IMG/VR virus record: IMGVR_UViG_3300033067_000132 | Location: 1-33,044 of that record | From: a virus | Lineage: Duplodnaviria; Caudoviricetes | DNA length: 33,044 nucleotides | Strand: one strand, 5' to 3' | Shown: piece by piece, positions 23,903 to 32,445 of the stretch | Position numbering within the stretch: position 1 is the first letter of the stretch | Layout: the number at the start of each line of letters is the position of its first letter | The notes under the pieces: generated by a model | What the model was told of the DNA's origin: nothing | The model's database searches: none | Seen by the model: only the letters and a program-made list of their open reading frames with translations | Position numbers and translations under genes: made by a program

Positions 23903-25983
23903 CCCGGTATCTCCACGTTAGATGTAATGCCAGCGCCAATCTTCATTGCCTTCATTTTAGCTTCAGCCAAGAACTCTTGCTCTTTCAATTGCATATCAGC
24001 AGCAGCTTTTTCACGCTCCAACTGCAATTGAGCAGCGTTTTTCTCACGCATTAACTGAAGGTCAGCAGCCGCTTTCTGTTGAGACAAGCGAATATCAGCC
24101 TCAGCCTTCATCTGTTGAGCCTGAATGTCTGCCTGTGTTTTAGCCATGTAAGCCTGAATCTCAGGCGGCATTGGAGCTTCTTGTTGAGGCTGTGGCTGGC
24201 TCATCATCTGGTCTTGCTCAGGCGTGATGGACTTGTAGAACTCAGCAGAGTCCTTAAAGCCAGCAGCCTCGACCATACGACCAAGAGTGTTTCTGTACTG
24301 ACCCATCGTTACCAATGGATTAGCTGGACCCATCTGACCCAAGATTTGCTCTTGTTTAGCCAGAACCATTGCCAGCATAGACATTTGCTCTTGGCGATTG
24401 CCAGCGCCCAAGCCTACGTTAATGTCCACATCGTACTGATTCGACCACTCACGAGGGTCAAAAGACACATACGAGCCACGCATCCGAACGATACGAGGCT
24501 TGTCTTGGTACTTGCAAAGTAGATGCAAGATGCCTTTGAAAAGCTCTTTGACGCCTGTTTCTGCGAACAATCGAGCAATCATCTCGACCTTGCCAGCAGA
24601 GCTTTGTTGCATAGAAGCAACAGCGGCGGCCGTGACGTTTTGCAGGATTGAAGGGTCTAAGCCTTGGCTTGCGTTTGTGATGCCAGTGCGCTTTGCTTGA
24701 ACTTCGTCAAGATATTGCAGCATTGGGAAAGCCTGACCAGCGATTGCTTGAACGGTCAAAGGCTGGACAGCGCCTTGAGATTTCACACGAACAACGCCAC
24801 CAGCGGTAGAAGTCAGCAAATCGTCAAGGTTTACTTGTCCGTCAACTGCTGTCACGCGAGCGTTGTTTGTCAGGTACAGGTTATCAAGAATCTGACGGGT
24901 AATCGTTGTCTTGATGAGCTGAATGTCAGTGGTGCGGTCTGCAAGAGACTGACCAAAGAACTTGTGAGGGATTGGGATTGGGCAGACTGAATAGAAAGGA
25001 ACGTAATCACATTCCTCATCACTCAGAATCTCGTTGCCAGCGTAGAACACTTGGCGAAGCTCGGCAATGCCGTCTTCATCCATGTCGCAACGGACATAGG
25101 CCTCAAACACCTCAACTGTGACCATTGTCTCGTCAGAGTTGTCTGAATTCTCTGGCAATTCGCCATTGCTGAAACGAGCCAAACGCTCGTCTGTGTAGCT
25201 CAAAGAGTTTGACGCAGGGACTGAGTTAACAATTTCCTCATCAAAGCCCATAGCAATCAAGTCGCTACGGGTCATCAATCGGCGGTGTGCCACGAAAGGC
25301 GAATCAGCGATTGTCTTGGCACGTTTGGAGATTAAGAACTCCTCTGGCGGGATGTTCTCAACAACCACATGACCAGACTTTGACTTCTTTCCAACTGTTA
25401 CGCTGAAAGACTTGTAAGTGACGGGTTGACCGAGTTGGTCAAACACCTCATTACCCATTGGGTCAAGCAAAGGATTCTCAACTTCATCCTTTTCAAGCAC
25501 TTCCATTGTCTTGTCAGACAACAGCATTGCAAGCTCATCTTCGGACAGGTCGCGGTACTTTTCTTTTTGTACGTCTTCCTTGTCTTCCCAATAAGCCTTA
25601 ACAACGCCAACCTTCTGCAAGAGAGCGTCTTTGAACCAGTTATGCAGAATCAAAGTGCCTGAGTTGTCACGATTGAACACCCAGTTGACGTACTCAGTAG
25701 CTTGTTTAGCGCCAGCTTCATCCTGTGGACCACGAGGGTCAAAGCGGACAACTTCATCTGACGCTGTGAAAATGCGAACCAGTGAAGGCAAAGCACCATC
25801 AATGGCTTCTGCAACTTCACCAGTAACGATGCTTGACTTGCCTTCAACCTCATTCCCGTAAGGTTGACGAAGGTAGGCTTGCAGCGCCTCTTGACGCTGT
25901 TGGGTCGTTTCAGTTTCTAGAAAACCGAGACTTCCATCAATCTCGGCTTGGACTATCTGTTTGAGTTTGTCGTTGCTCATCAT
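23899..25983 (-). CDS. Portal protein
   Basis: 694 aa after TerL; PYGNE..GKS.IV, FKDALL.K.GVVK.YW and ENIPPEEF motifs; Gln-rich helical C-terminal barrel. Confidence 0.9.
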   Translation of the reverse strand: MMSNDKLKQIVQAEIDGSLGFLETETTQQRQEALQAYLRQPYGNEVEGKSSIVTGEVAEAIDGALPSLVRIFTASDEVVRFDPRGPQDEAGAKQATEYVNWVFNRDNSGTLILHNWFKDALLQKVGVVKAYWEDKEDVQKEKYRDLSEDELAMLLSDKTMEVLEKDEVENPLLDPMGNEVFDQLGQPVTYKSFSVTVGKKSKSGHVVVENIPPEEFLISKRAKTIADSPFVAHRRLMTRSDLIAMGFDEEIVNSVPASNSLSYTDERLARFSNGELPENSDNSDETMVTVEVFEAYVRCDMDEDGIAELRQVFYAGNEILSDEECDYVPFYSVCPIPIPHKFFGQSLADRTTDIQLIKTTITRQILDNLYLTNNARVTAVDGQVNLDDLLTSTAGGVVRVKSQGAVQPLTVQAIAGQAFPMLQYLDEVQAKRTGITNASQGLDPSILQNVTAAAVASMQQSSAGKVEMIARLFAETGVKELFKGILHLLCKYQDKPRIVRMRGSYVSFDPREWSNQYDVDINVGLGAGNRQEQMSMLAMVLAKQEQILGQMGPANPLVTMGQYRNTLGRMVEAAGFKDSAEFYKSITPEQDQMMSQPQPQQEAPMPPEIQAYMAKTQADIQAQQMKAEADIRLSQQKAAADLQLMREKNAAQLQLEREKAAADMQLKEQEFLAEAKMKAMKIGAGITSNVEIPG

Positions 25984-26119
25984 TCACCTTTGGTGGGCGA
26001 CCCATTTTTGGGCGTTGTTCCGATTGTAATGCCTTTACCACATTTTCAAGCTCAGTCACGCGATTTTGCAGAATTGCAAAAGCACGAGCATCAATTAGGT
26101 TTCCCTGTTTCATTATCAT
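25937..26119 (-). CDS. Small coiled-coil protein with AT-hook-like GRP motif
   Basis: RVTELENVVKALQ...RPKMGRPPK; start uncertain. Confidence 0.55.
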   Translation of the reverse strand: MIMKQGNLIDARAFAILQNRVTELENVVKALQSEQRPKMGRPPKVNDEQRQTQTDSPSRD

Positions 26120-26121
26120 CA

Positions 26122-27549
26122 TCAGACTATCCATTTCGGCGTTTGGTTAATAGAAGTACCCCATACATTCCTGCTGACTTGTGACTTTTGGACAGCAAAT
26201 CGGCGCATCATGTAGGCGTAGCGTGTGGCATCAAGCAAGTCTTCCTTCAACTTGTGAATCTTGCCATTCTCATCCCGATGGTATTGGGTAAATTCCTCAA
26301 ACCAATCTCTCAAGCCTGAAAAGACCTTGAAACGACCAGTTACCATCAAGTCTCGAATCTCCATCAGACCAACTTCAACGCCATTCCCACCATCAGGCCA
26401 AGTGGCATGGTCAGGCAGCATATTGAAGCCAGCCTCGATGTAATACTCTTTGAGTTGCTTGCTGCTTCCCTTTTCGGTCTGCAATCCGTCTTGAGGCCAT
26501 GCAGTTGGCACGTTCTCAGACCAAACCTTTGTGGCTCCCCATGCCTGGGCTGGAGACATATTCCTTGCCTTCCATGCCTTTGAGACATAGAAAGTGTCTG
26601 AATCCTTGTCCCACAATAGCTGAATCTGAGCTTGTGGATGGTCATAACCGAAGTCACATCCATCAATGACAAAGAAGTGTTCAGGTGGCTCAAACGGCTC
26701 ACAAGCGATAAGTTCCTCAGAAAAGTCATAGATTCGACCATGACCAAGCATCGGAACGCCACGAGTACGCATCTCACGTTGGTGAACAGGGAAAGACGCC
26801 AAAAGCTCTGTCTTTACCTTTTCGCTCAAGTGAGGCGCGTCATCCCAGCCCTTCTGCATACAGAATTGAGCTGGAGACGGTGAATCCAAGAACTGAATGA
26901 CAAGCTCTGTCCTACCGTTTTCAGGTGTGAATGTAAGAATCCCTCGACCACCTTTATTTTGGTCGCCAGTAGCTGTACGAACCAAGACTTGAGGAAAGAT
27001 GGTCCTGTCTCTTGGCTCCTCGTCAATGTGGAACCAATCAACCGCATCACCCATCAGGGCGTGTTGACCCTGTGAATAACTCCAAAACTGGATGGTAGAA
27101 ACCCCACCTGTGGCGTGACGAACAAAGACAGAGCGCAAGGCATTTGTCGTTCCAGCCATTGATTCGTGACCAATAATCCTGTCAGCAGGAATCAGCCCAC
27201 CCATGAACTTGTCGCCCTGCTTCTTGCCAACAATAGCAGCCTGGAGCAAGTCACGGGTCTTTTCTCCTGAATAGCCAAGACACCAAATCAGCGGTGGATG
27301 CTCAAACTTGTGACCATTCCACTCCTCTGGGTAGTCTCCCAAGGCGTGAATTGAATCAATGTATGTGCCTAGATGAGTTTTACCAATACGGTTAGCCGCA
27401 ATCAAGCAGCACTGCGTATATTCGTTTGTTGCCCCGATAAACTCTTGTTGCCAGCCGTACAGACTGCCAAAGATGTACTTATATCGGTATTCGTATTGTC
27501 TGCGCTGCTTTTCCTCAAGCAGCATCAGAAGCTCGACCTTATCAACCAT
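26122..27549 (-). CDS. terL: Terminase large subunit
   Basis: Walker A AANRIGKT, Walker B WFHIDEEP, TFTPENG, RNase H-like DFGYDHP and DLLDATRYA. Confidence 0.95.
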   Translation of the reverse strand: MVDKVELLMLLEEKQRRQYEYRYKYIFGSLYGWQQEFIGATNEYTQCCLIAANRIGKTHLGTYIDSIHALGDYPEEWNGHKFEHPPLIWCLGYSGEKTRDLLQAAIVGKKQGDKFMGGLIPADRIIGHESMAGTTNALRSVFVRHATGGVSTIQFWSYSQGQHALMGDAVDWFHIDEEPRDRTIFPQVLVRTATGDQNKGGRGILTFTPENGRTELVIQFLDSPSPAQFCMQKGWDDAPHLSEKVKTELLASFPVHQREMRTRGVPMLGHGRIYDFSEELIACEPFEPPEHFFVIDGCDFGYDHPQAQIQLLWDKDSDTFYVSKAWKARNMSPAQAWGATKVWSENVPTAWPQDGLQTEKGSSKQLKEYYIEAGFNMLPDHATWPDGGNGVEVGLMEIRDLMVTGRFKVFSGLRDWFEEFTQYHRDENGKIHKLKEDLLDATRYAYMMRRFAVQKSQVSRNVWGTSINQTPKWIV

Positions 27550-27904
27550 TCAAGGCAGACATTGCAGCTTTAATCTTGGCGTCTAGTTCATCTTCTGACA
27601 GATTTGCAATCTCAAGAGCGCCACCATCTTTGCCTGTTATCTCAGTACGAGCCAATTTTGGAGCCGCATACTCTGCGAGCTTAACAAGCATATCCAAAGC
27701 CTTATAAGGTTCTGGTTTGCGGTCTTGAGTTGGGTCGCCATTAGCAACGTCAGAAAGCCATATAGCAACGTTATCGCGGTTATCCTCTAGCAGAGCCTTA
27801 ACAGTGTCTCTGAACTCAGTGGTGGCTCGATTAGGCGTACCCTTGGGCCTTCCTCGACCTTTCTGAGCTTCAAACCCAGAATTTTCCTCGCGTACTTTAT
27901 TCAT
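27542..27904 (-). CDS. terS: Terminase small subunit (putative)
   Basis: GRPKGTPNR and EY..PKLAR.EITG.DGG motifs; directly upstream of TerL; AAGGA SD. Confidence 0.7.
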   Translation of the reverse strand: MNKVREENSGFEAQKGRGRPKGTPNRATTEFRDTVKALLEDNRDNVAIWLSDVANGDPTQDRKPEPYKALDMLVKLAEYAAPKLARTEITGKDGGALEIANLSEDELDAKIKAAMSALNG

Positions 27905-27950
27905 TTTGTTTACCAATTCCTTACGGCTCGTTGGTTTAGTTGATATGTTG

Positions 27951-29387
27951 TTAGTCTAGCAGATTTTGCTTTTTCTTTGGATTTTGTTCTTCAGCCAACA
28001 AGTCAGGTGCAGCCACTCCCATTGCGGAAGCAATTGCTGAAGTTCTACGCCAAGGGTCAAATGCTGCAAAGCGTGAGCGTAGATTCTCAGGCGGGACGAT
28101 ATAGCTAACAATGCCTTTAGCTTCAACATCATTGACGTAAGGGATGCTTGTATAACCTTGTTCTTCAAACAACTTTTTGCGCAATTCCTTATTCATGTCT
28201 TGATAAGTCATTTTTGCATTTGATGAATTGTATTCACCAGATTGACGCAAGAAAGCATTTAATTCATCTTCACTCCAAGGCAATCCTTCTGGGTTCATAA
28301 GCGGTCTATCACCAAGCACCTGAACTGGATAAGTTGAGCCTTTTGGTGTATCTATTGTCCCAGATGTGTTTTTGAATCTTTCTAATGCAGCTTCTTTAGT
28401 TCCAACGTGAGTTCCTACCGCATCAAACGGAGCAACTGCATATTGACCAGAATCTAGCACGTTAAAATCGCCACCAGTTCTTGAGAAATGGATTGCTTCT
28501 TTTCCACTCATAGCAGCAGCGCGTTCAGCAGGAGTATTGCTTGACAACAAACCAAGTCCACCCTGTTCAACTGGCAATGCTGCACGTTGCTGTGCCAGCT
28601 TTAGAGCTTCTTCTTGCGGATAGGAAAATGATTGCTTTTCAACTTCAACAGGAATTGAACCTTTTGGCTTTCCTGTATCAATACTGAAATCCATTCGACC
28701 ACTAGGAAATTCATCATCTAAGTTGAGCAATGATGGCTTCACACGAACTGGAACAGCAACATCACCATAACCAGTATCTGTAACTTTTTGCGTTGTCAGG
28801 TATACGCTTGGCTCGCCAGCAGATTTCAGTCGACCTGTCTTTGCGATTTGTTCGGCTGCATCTTTATTTGTGTGATGGAAAAGTGTAACAGTACCATCTG
28901 AATTTAATGGCAAACCAGTTAATTCATCAATTTTTGACGCTGGAATAACACGACTTACAGAGCCATAACTTAAATCACCCAACAACTGAGCAGGCAGACC
29001 GCCACGCTCCATGATTTGTGGGACAACCTTCTCTGCGTAACGCTCACCAGCACGACCAGCAGCCATTGCAGCGCGTTCAGCGCCCTTTGCGGCAGGACCA
29101 ACAAAAGGAGCCACGTTCATCAAAGCGTCTGCTGTTTCTGCCTTCAAAAGTGGCACGTTGGCACGATTGACGTTTGTCAGCGCATCAAGTAAAGCCTTTG
29201 GGCTGTCTGCATAAGCTGCACGTTCAACGGTCTGAGGAATACCCGTACTCTCCAACAATCCAGCCATGCCTTGCATTTGTTGAGTGCGTTGCTTGTCCTT
29301 CATGTAGCCAAGCAATCCCTGAATCATGTCATTTGACAGACCTGTAAGGGGGTTTGCGTAAGGCGTTGGAGATAGGTAGTCTGCCAT
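27951..29387 (-). CDS. 478-aa protein with two ADP-ribosyltransferase-like domains (ART-PolyVal-like)
   Basis: Domain 1: TLFHHT...I...G.L....VYLTT....GYG. Domain 2: IHFS....F..LD...GTHVGT...YPV...GYTSIPY.N..E....SYIV.PENLRSRFAAFDP. Confidence 0.6.
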   Translation of the reverse strand: MADYLSPTPYANPLTGLSNDMIQGLLGYMKDKQRTQQMQGMAGLLESTGIPQTVERAAYADSPKALLDALTNVNRANVPLLKAETADALMNVAPFVGPAAKGAERAAMAAGRAGERYAEKVVPQIMERGGLPAQLLGDLSYGSVSRVIPASKIDELTGLPLNSDGTVTLFHHTNKDAAEQIAKTGRLKSAGEPSVYLTTQKVTDTGYGDVAVPVRVKPSLLNLDDEFPSGRMDFSIDTGKPKGSIPVEVEKQSFSYPQEEALKLAQQRAALPVEQGGLGLLSSNTPAERAAAMSGKEAIHFSRTGGDFNVLDSGQYAVAPFDAVGTHVGTKEAALERFKNTSGTIDTPKGSTYPVQVLGDRPLMNPEGLPWSEDELNAFLRQSGEYNSSNAKMTYQDMNKELRKKLFEEQGYTSIPYVNDVEAKGIVSYIVPPENLRSRFAAFDPWRRTSAIASAMGVAAPDLLAEEQNPKKKQNLLD

Positions 29388-29560
29388 TACTTCATCCGCT
29401 TTTTCATCAGCTTTGCAGCTTCCGAAATTGAAATTGCGATTGCTTGCTTCGGGTTAGTCACGACTTTACCGCCCTTACCTGAGTGCAGTTCGCCCTTCTT
29501 GTACTCTGACATGACGCGACCAACTTTAGCTTGGCCTGCTTTTGTGAGTTTGGTAGCCAT
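29387..29560 (-). CDS. DUF6496-like small basic protein (57 aa)
   Basis: Not in track. KVGRVMSEYKKGELHSGKGGKVVTNPKQAIAISISEA; TAATG coupling at both ends. Confidence 0.8.
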   Translation of the reverse strand: MATKLTKAGQAKVGRVMSEYKKGELHSGKGGKVVTNPKQAIAISISEAAKLMKKRMK

Positions 29561-29976
29561 TAGTCTTCTTCCTTTACAGGTTCAGCCTTTTCCCACTGGC
29601 GGCAAGTACGTTGGTGATGACAAATAAAAGTGTATTTGTTGCAATACCCACGACCGCCACCGTCTTTGTCAAACTCATCCTGCGGCACGACTTCCATTGC
29701 TTCCAGAGTTTCTGGTTGGTCGTCAAAATACTCACAGTTTGCGCACAGGTTGCGTTTAGCCTGGTCAGGGGAGATGCGCCAGACGTTAGCAAGACCACGC
29801 CAGTATTCGCCATTTGGAGCGTTTACCTTGACAGGGCCAAGCATCTGAGTTTCCACGAGCGTGTCGCGGGTCTTTTTGTTTGATTCTGCGGTCAAGCCTT
29901 CGATTACGGGCTTTTCAGCCTCGATTTCCTCGATTTCAATCTTGATTTCCGCACCTGTTCCAAGCAATCCAGCCAT
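29560..29976 (-). CDS. Cys-rich metal-binding protein (HiPIP-like Cys spacing)
   Basis: CANCEYF...GYC.....C.....CRQW. Confidence 0.65.
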   Translation of the reverse strand: MAGLLGTGAEIKIEIEEIEAEKPVIEGLTAESNKKTRDTLVETQMLGPVKVNAPNGEYWRGLANVWRISPDQAKRNLCANCEYFDDQPETLEAMEVVPQDEFDKDGGGRGYCNKYTFICHHQRTCRQWEKAEPVKEED

Positions 29977-29995
29977 ATAAGCCCTTCAATTAAGT

Positions 29996-30155
29996 TGTTG
30001 GCGACCGAGAACCCTCAATCCTACACAGACCTTCCGTACAAGGATGCACGGTGCTTATTGCGCTTAACCAACACGACTGAGGACTGCCTTCAAGCGATTT
30101 GCCTGTTTGGTCGTCACCACGTCTCGTGACTGGGCAATCCTCATGCGTCTTGGTT
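29996..30155 (-). ncRNA. Candidate structured late-leader RNA (two domains)
   Basis: ~23-bp interrupted stem 30066-30155 with two apical hairpins. Second domain has hairpin CCGUGCA/UGUACGG and a GUUGGU/GCCAAC closure. Confidence 0.6.
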
Positions 30156-30161
30156 TTGCAT

Positions 30162-30170
30162 ATTTTACCA
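30162..30170 (-). promoter_or_regulatory. Extended -10 late promoter (TGG-TAAAAT)
   Basis: Overlaps the terminator U-tract; predicted start 30155. Confidence 0.55.
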
Positions 30171-30197
30171 AAAAAGTGGGCAGAATCAACCGCCCAC
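30170..30197 (-). terminator. Intrinsic terminator ending the nin-like operon
   Basis: GTGGGCGG-TTGATT-CTGCCCAC followed by TTTTTT. Confidence 0.8.
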
Positions 30198-30219
30198 AAG
30201 TGCAACTGCAAATTGCACC

Positions 30220-30561
30220 TTATTCTAGTTCGTAATACTTTCTCAAGTCAGGAACTGGAACGTCTTGAGGCCACAGCTTGAGAGAAACCAACCTTTGAAC
30301 AGTCTTCCTGTGCGCCATCTGCCAAATGTCTTGGCGTTGCTCTCTTGTTAGGGTAGACCCTTGGTCAATCATCCCGTGGCAATGAAAACAGAGGCTGGCA
30401 ATCATGTTGTCGTCTGCCTTCCGACCCATCCCTTTGCCTGAACCCCAATTTGTGTGGGCTGCGACCACCGTTCCGTCTTCAATGTAGCAATTCTGGCAAG
30501 GAATCTCTCTAGCCGCCTCAAGAAGTTTTTTGCTTCGGATGTATGTGTGTTTTCCAATCAT
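30220..30561 (-). CDS. DUF1364/YbcO-like His-Cys (HNH-like) protein
   Basis: RSKKLL..AR..PC..C, VVAAH.N, GKGMG.KADD and C..CH..ID motifs. Confidence 0.75.
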   Translation of the reverse strand: MIGKHTYIRSKKLLEAAREIPCQNCYIEDGTVVAAHTNWGSGKGMGRKADDNMIASLCFHCHGMIDQGSTLTREQRQDIWQMAHRKTVQRLVSLKLWPQDVPVPDLRKYYELE

Positions 30562-31034
30562 TCTGGCAAAGCCTCGATTCTACGCATCCTGTTGCCTTTG
30601 AACTCTTTTTCAATGTCTTGCAATGCAAGCTCAAGCATCCTAACTGAACAATTGCGTAGCTGCTCATCGTGCAGTAAAAGCACAGTTTCAACGGCTTTCA
30701 ATTCTTCACCAGTCCAAAGAAACGGCTTTCCACTAACGCCACGCTGTGCCATTGCATAGATTGCGTCTTGTGCCTCACCAATCTCAGGCAACCAATCACG
30801 ACCTAGCTGGCGCAGTGCCAGGGCTTCTGTCATGTTGACCATTGTGATTAGGTTATCCACATGGTCAGTATTTCCCCTACCTTCTCTGATTTCATCAAAG
30901 GAAACGTGGTTTTTAATCATCAGCTTAGTCCCTGCATCTGGGACTTCAGCGACTTTCTTGAATCCTGAAATAACCCATGTCAAAGCATCCATGCGAACGC
31001 CTTTGGGTTTGTATTTACGTCTTGGCTTGCTCAT
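30558..31034 (-). CDS. Hypothetical protein (basic N-terminus)
   Basis: Track ORF, coupled to the downstream gene. Confidence 0.75.
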   Translation of the reverse strand: MSKPRRKYKPKGVRMDALTWVISGFKKVAEVPDAGTKLMIKNHVSFDEIREGRGNTDHVDNLITMVNMTEALALRQLGRDWLPEIGEAQDAIYAMAQRGVSGKPFLWTGEELKAVETVLLLHDEQLRNCSVRMLELALQDIEKEFKGNRMRRIEALPE

Positions 31035-31051
31035 TTTTTATCCAAAATTTA

Positions 31052-31462
31052 TTATTCACTTTTTAATTCAACACCATGCTGAGAAGCCCATGCCATAAGG
31101 AATTCCACGAATTCGCTGGCCTGTTCTTTTGAAAAGTTACGGGTTTGAAAGCCAAGCTGGACAATTCCTGTTCCATCAAGGGTAGGAATCACTTTTCCAT
31201 TGCTTATGCCTTGTTCACGTACGAATTGGTCCACCAAAAGTCTTTTGAAGTCATCTGCTGACCACTTTGCACCTAGATGCTGCGCCTGTTTAGCAATCTG
31301 CCCAATCAATTCGTGATAAAGACGTTCCTGCTCACGGCTTTTACTCTGCTCTTTGATTTCCAGCGTCAGCTTTTTACCGCTTGCCAGTGCTGCTTTTACT
31401 TTAGGCCAAAGACCGTTCATCAAAGCAGAGGCTTGCTCTTGGCTGTCTAGGTCGTACTTCAT
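31052..31462 (-). CDS. ninB: NinB/YbcN-family recombination protein
   Basis: KSREQERLYH..I..IA.Q, G..QLG.QTR.FSK..AS.F.E.L.AW....GV motifs. Confidence 0.75.
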   Translation of the reverse strand: MKYDLDSQEQASALMNGLWPKVKAALASGKKLTLEIKEQSKSREQERLYHELIGQIAKQAQHLGAKWSADDFKRLLVDQFVREQGISNGKVIPTLDGTGIVQLGFQTRNFSKEQASEFVEFLMAWASQHGVELKSE

Positions 31463-31713
31463 TCCAGCCTATCTGCAACCAAAGTTGCATATCCAGCAAT
31501 GTCATGCCACGAATCATGGTAATTTGGGTCACCATTGATAATTCTTGCCATCTTGTGAGCAATCATCTCAAGTGCTTCACGTTGGTCAAATTGCAAACGA
31601 CCCCAACCATTTTTTGTTTGCATAGTTATTTTGATTTGTTGCGATATATCAGCATGGTCTTTAAATTCACCATAACGTGTGCCACGCTCAATCAATGTGT
31701 CTTCAATGTTCAT
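31459..31713 (-). CDS. DUF6378-like protein
   Basis: L.ERG.RYG.F, K.ARI.NGDP...DSW.DIAGYA motifs. Confidence 0.78.
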   Translation of the reverse strand: MNIEDTLIERGTRYGEFKDHADISQQIKITMQTKNGWGRLQFDQREALEMIAHKMARIINGDPNYHDSWHDIAGYATLVADRLE

Positions 31714-31973
31714 ATCACACCAATCATTCTTAAAGCCTGTTCTGGCCCTTCAATTCGTTCTAACCTACCACCAACCCACTTTGCGAAAAAATCTTGTTGT
31801 AGCTTCGTTAAAGCCTTTTTAGGGCCACTTTTGCACTCAACCAAGTAAGTTACGCCACCGTAGCCAACCAGTAAGTCCACAGGCAAGCCAATAATCCAGA
31901 CGTAAGCACCAGCAGCGCGTAAAGCACTAACGATTTGCTCTTGTGTAGCATCAACACGGGCTGCGTATCTCAC
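31710..31973 (-). CDS. VRR-NUC-like small nuclease / resolvase
   Basis: AARVDA.Q..IV.ALR..G, PVDLLVG...LVECK....LT..Q..F motifs. Confidence 0.8.
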   Translation of the reverse strand: MRYAARVDATQEQIVSALRAAGAYVWIIGLPVDLLVGYGGVTYLVECKSGPKKALTKLQQDFFAKWVGGRLERIEGPEQALRMIGVI

Positions 31974-32125
31974 TTGGTCTCCAAAGGTAACTCAACGACA
32001 GGCAAAGCCAACATATTTTCTTTAGCGTACTCAAACCCAAGGTCGTATGCGTTTGACATTGCTGTGATTGTGTTTTCATCGCATCCAACGCCTCGCAGCA
32101 TTGAAATCATGTCTTCTTTGCTCAT
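31970..32125 (-). CDS. Hypothetical protein (51 aa, MSKEDMISMLRGVGCDENTI...)
   Basis: Not in track; AGGAG SD; coupled at both ends. Confidence 0.7.
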   Translation of the reverse strand: MSKEDMISMLRGVGCDENTITAMSNAYDLGFEYAKENMLALPVVELPLETK

Positions 32126-32445
32126 GTGTTTCTCCTTGCTCGGATAAATTCAGCCCTATTTCGCACCCATGCAATTGCGGTGCTCGGCTCCATGTCGGCA
32201 ATCATTTGCTCTGCCATATCATCAAGCACCTTTGCGCACGCTTCATTCTCAGCCCTGACTGCGGCTTCTCTTGATTCATGCAGTTCACGCATCACCTCAA
32301 TGACTGCCAGCTCATGCTTGAGCATGATGGCTTTAATCATTTCAATGGGCTTTTCAATCATTGCCATCGCAGCCGCTTTGTTTTGGTCGGTTTCGTTTTG
32401 GGCTTGAATGATTGCCTTCTTGTGTAATTCGCTCAGTGATTTCAT
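32122..32445 (-). CDS. Hypothetical protein (AENEACAK...IRAR motif)
   Basis: Track ORF; AAGGAG SD; ATGA coupling. Confidence 0.7.
   Translation of the reverse strand: MKSLSELHKKAIIQAQNETDQNKAAAMAMIEKPIEMIKAIMLKHELAVIEVMRELHESREAAVRAENEACAKVLDDMAEQMIADMEPSTAIAWVRNRAEFIRARRNT

Noticed and set aside
12610-27573. Many plus-strand and alternate-frame ORFs over the structural genes (e.g. 21749..22351, 14446..14871)
   Set aside because: They are shadows of well-supported minus-strand genes, with no motifs or coupling.
29990-30211. 73-aa track ORF
   Set aside because: GTG start, no recognisable protein features, and it crosses a terminator, a promoter and extensive RNA stems.
30200-30218. GTGCAA-N7-TTGCAC inverted repeat as an operator
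   Set aside because: Single 6-bp-arm copy with no second occurrence noticed; not distinguishable from chance without homologs.
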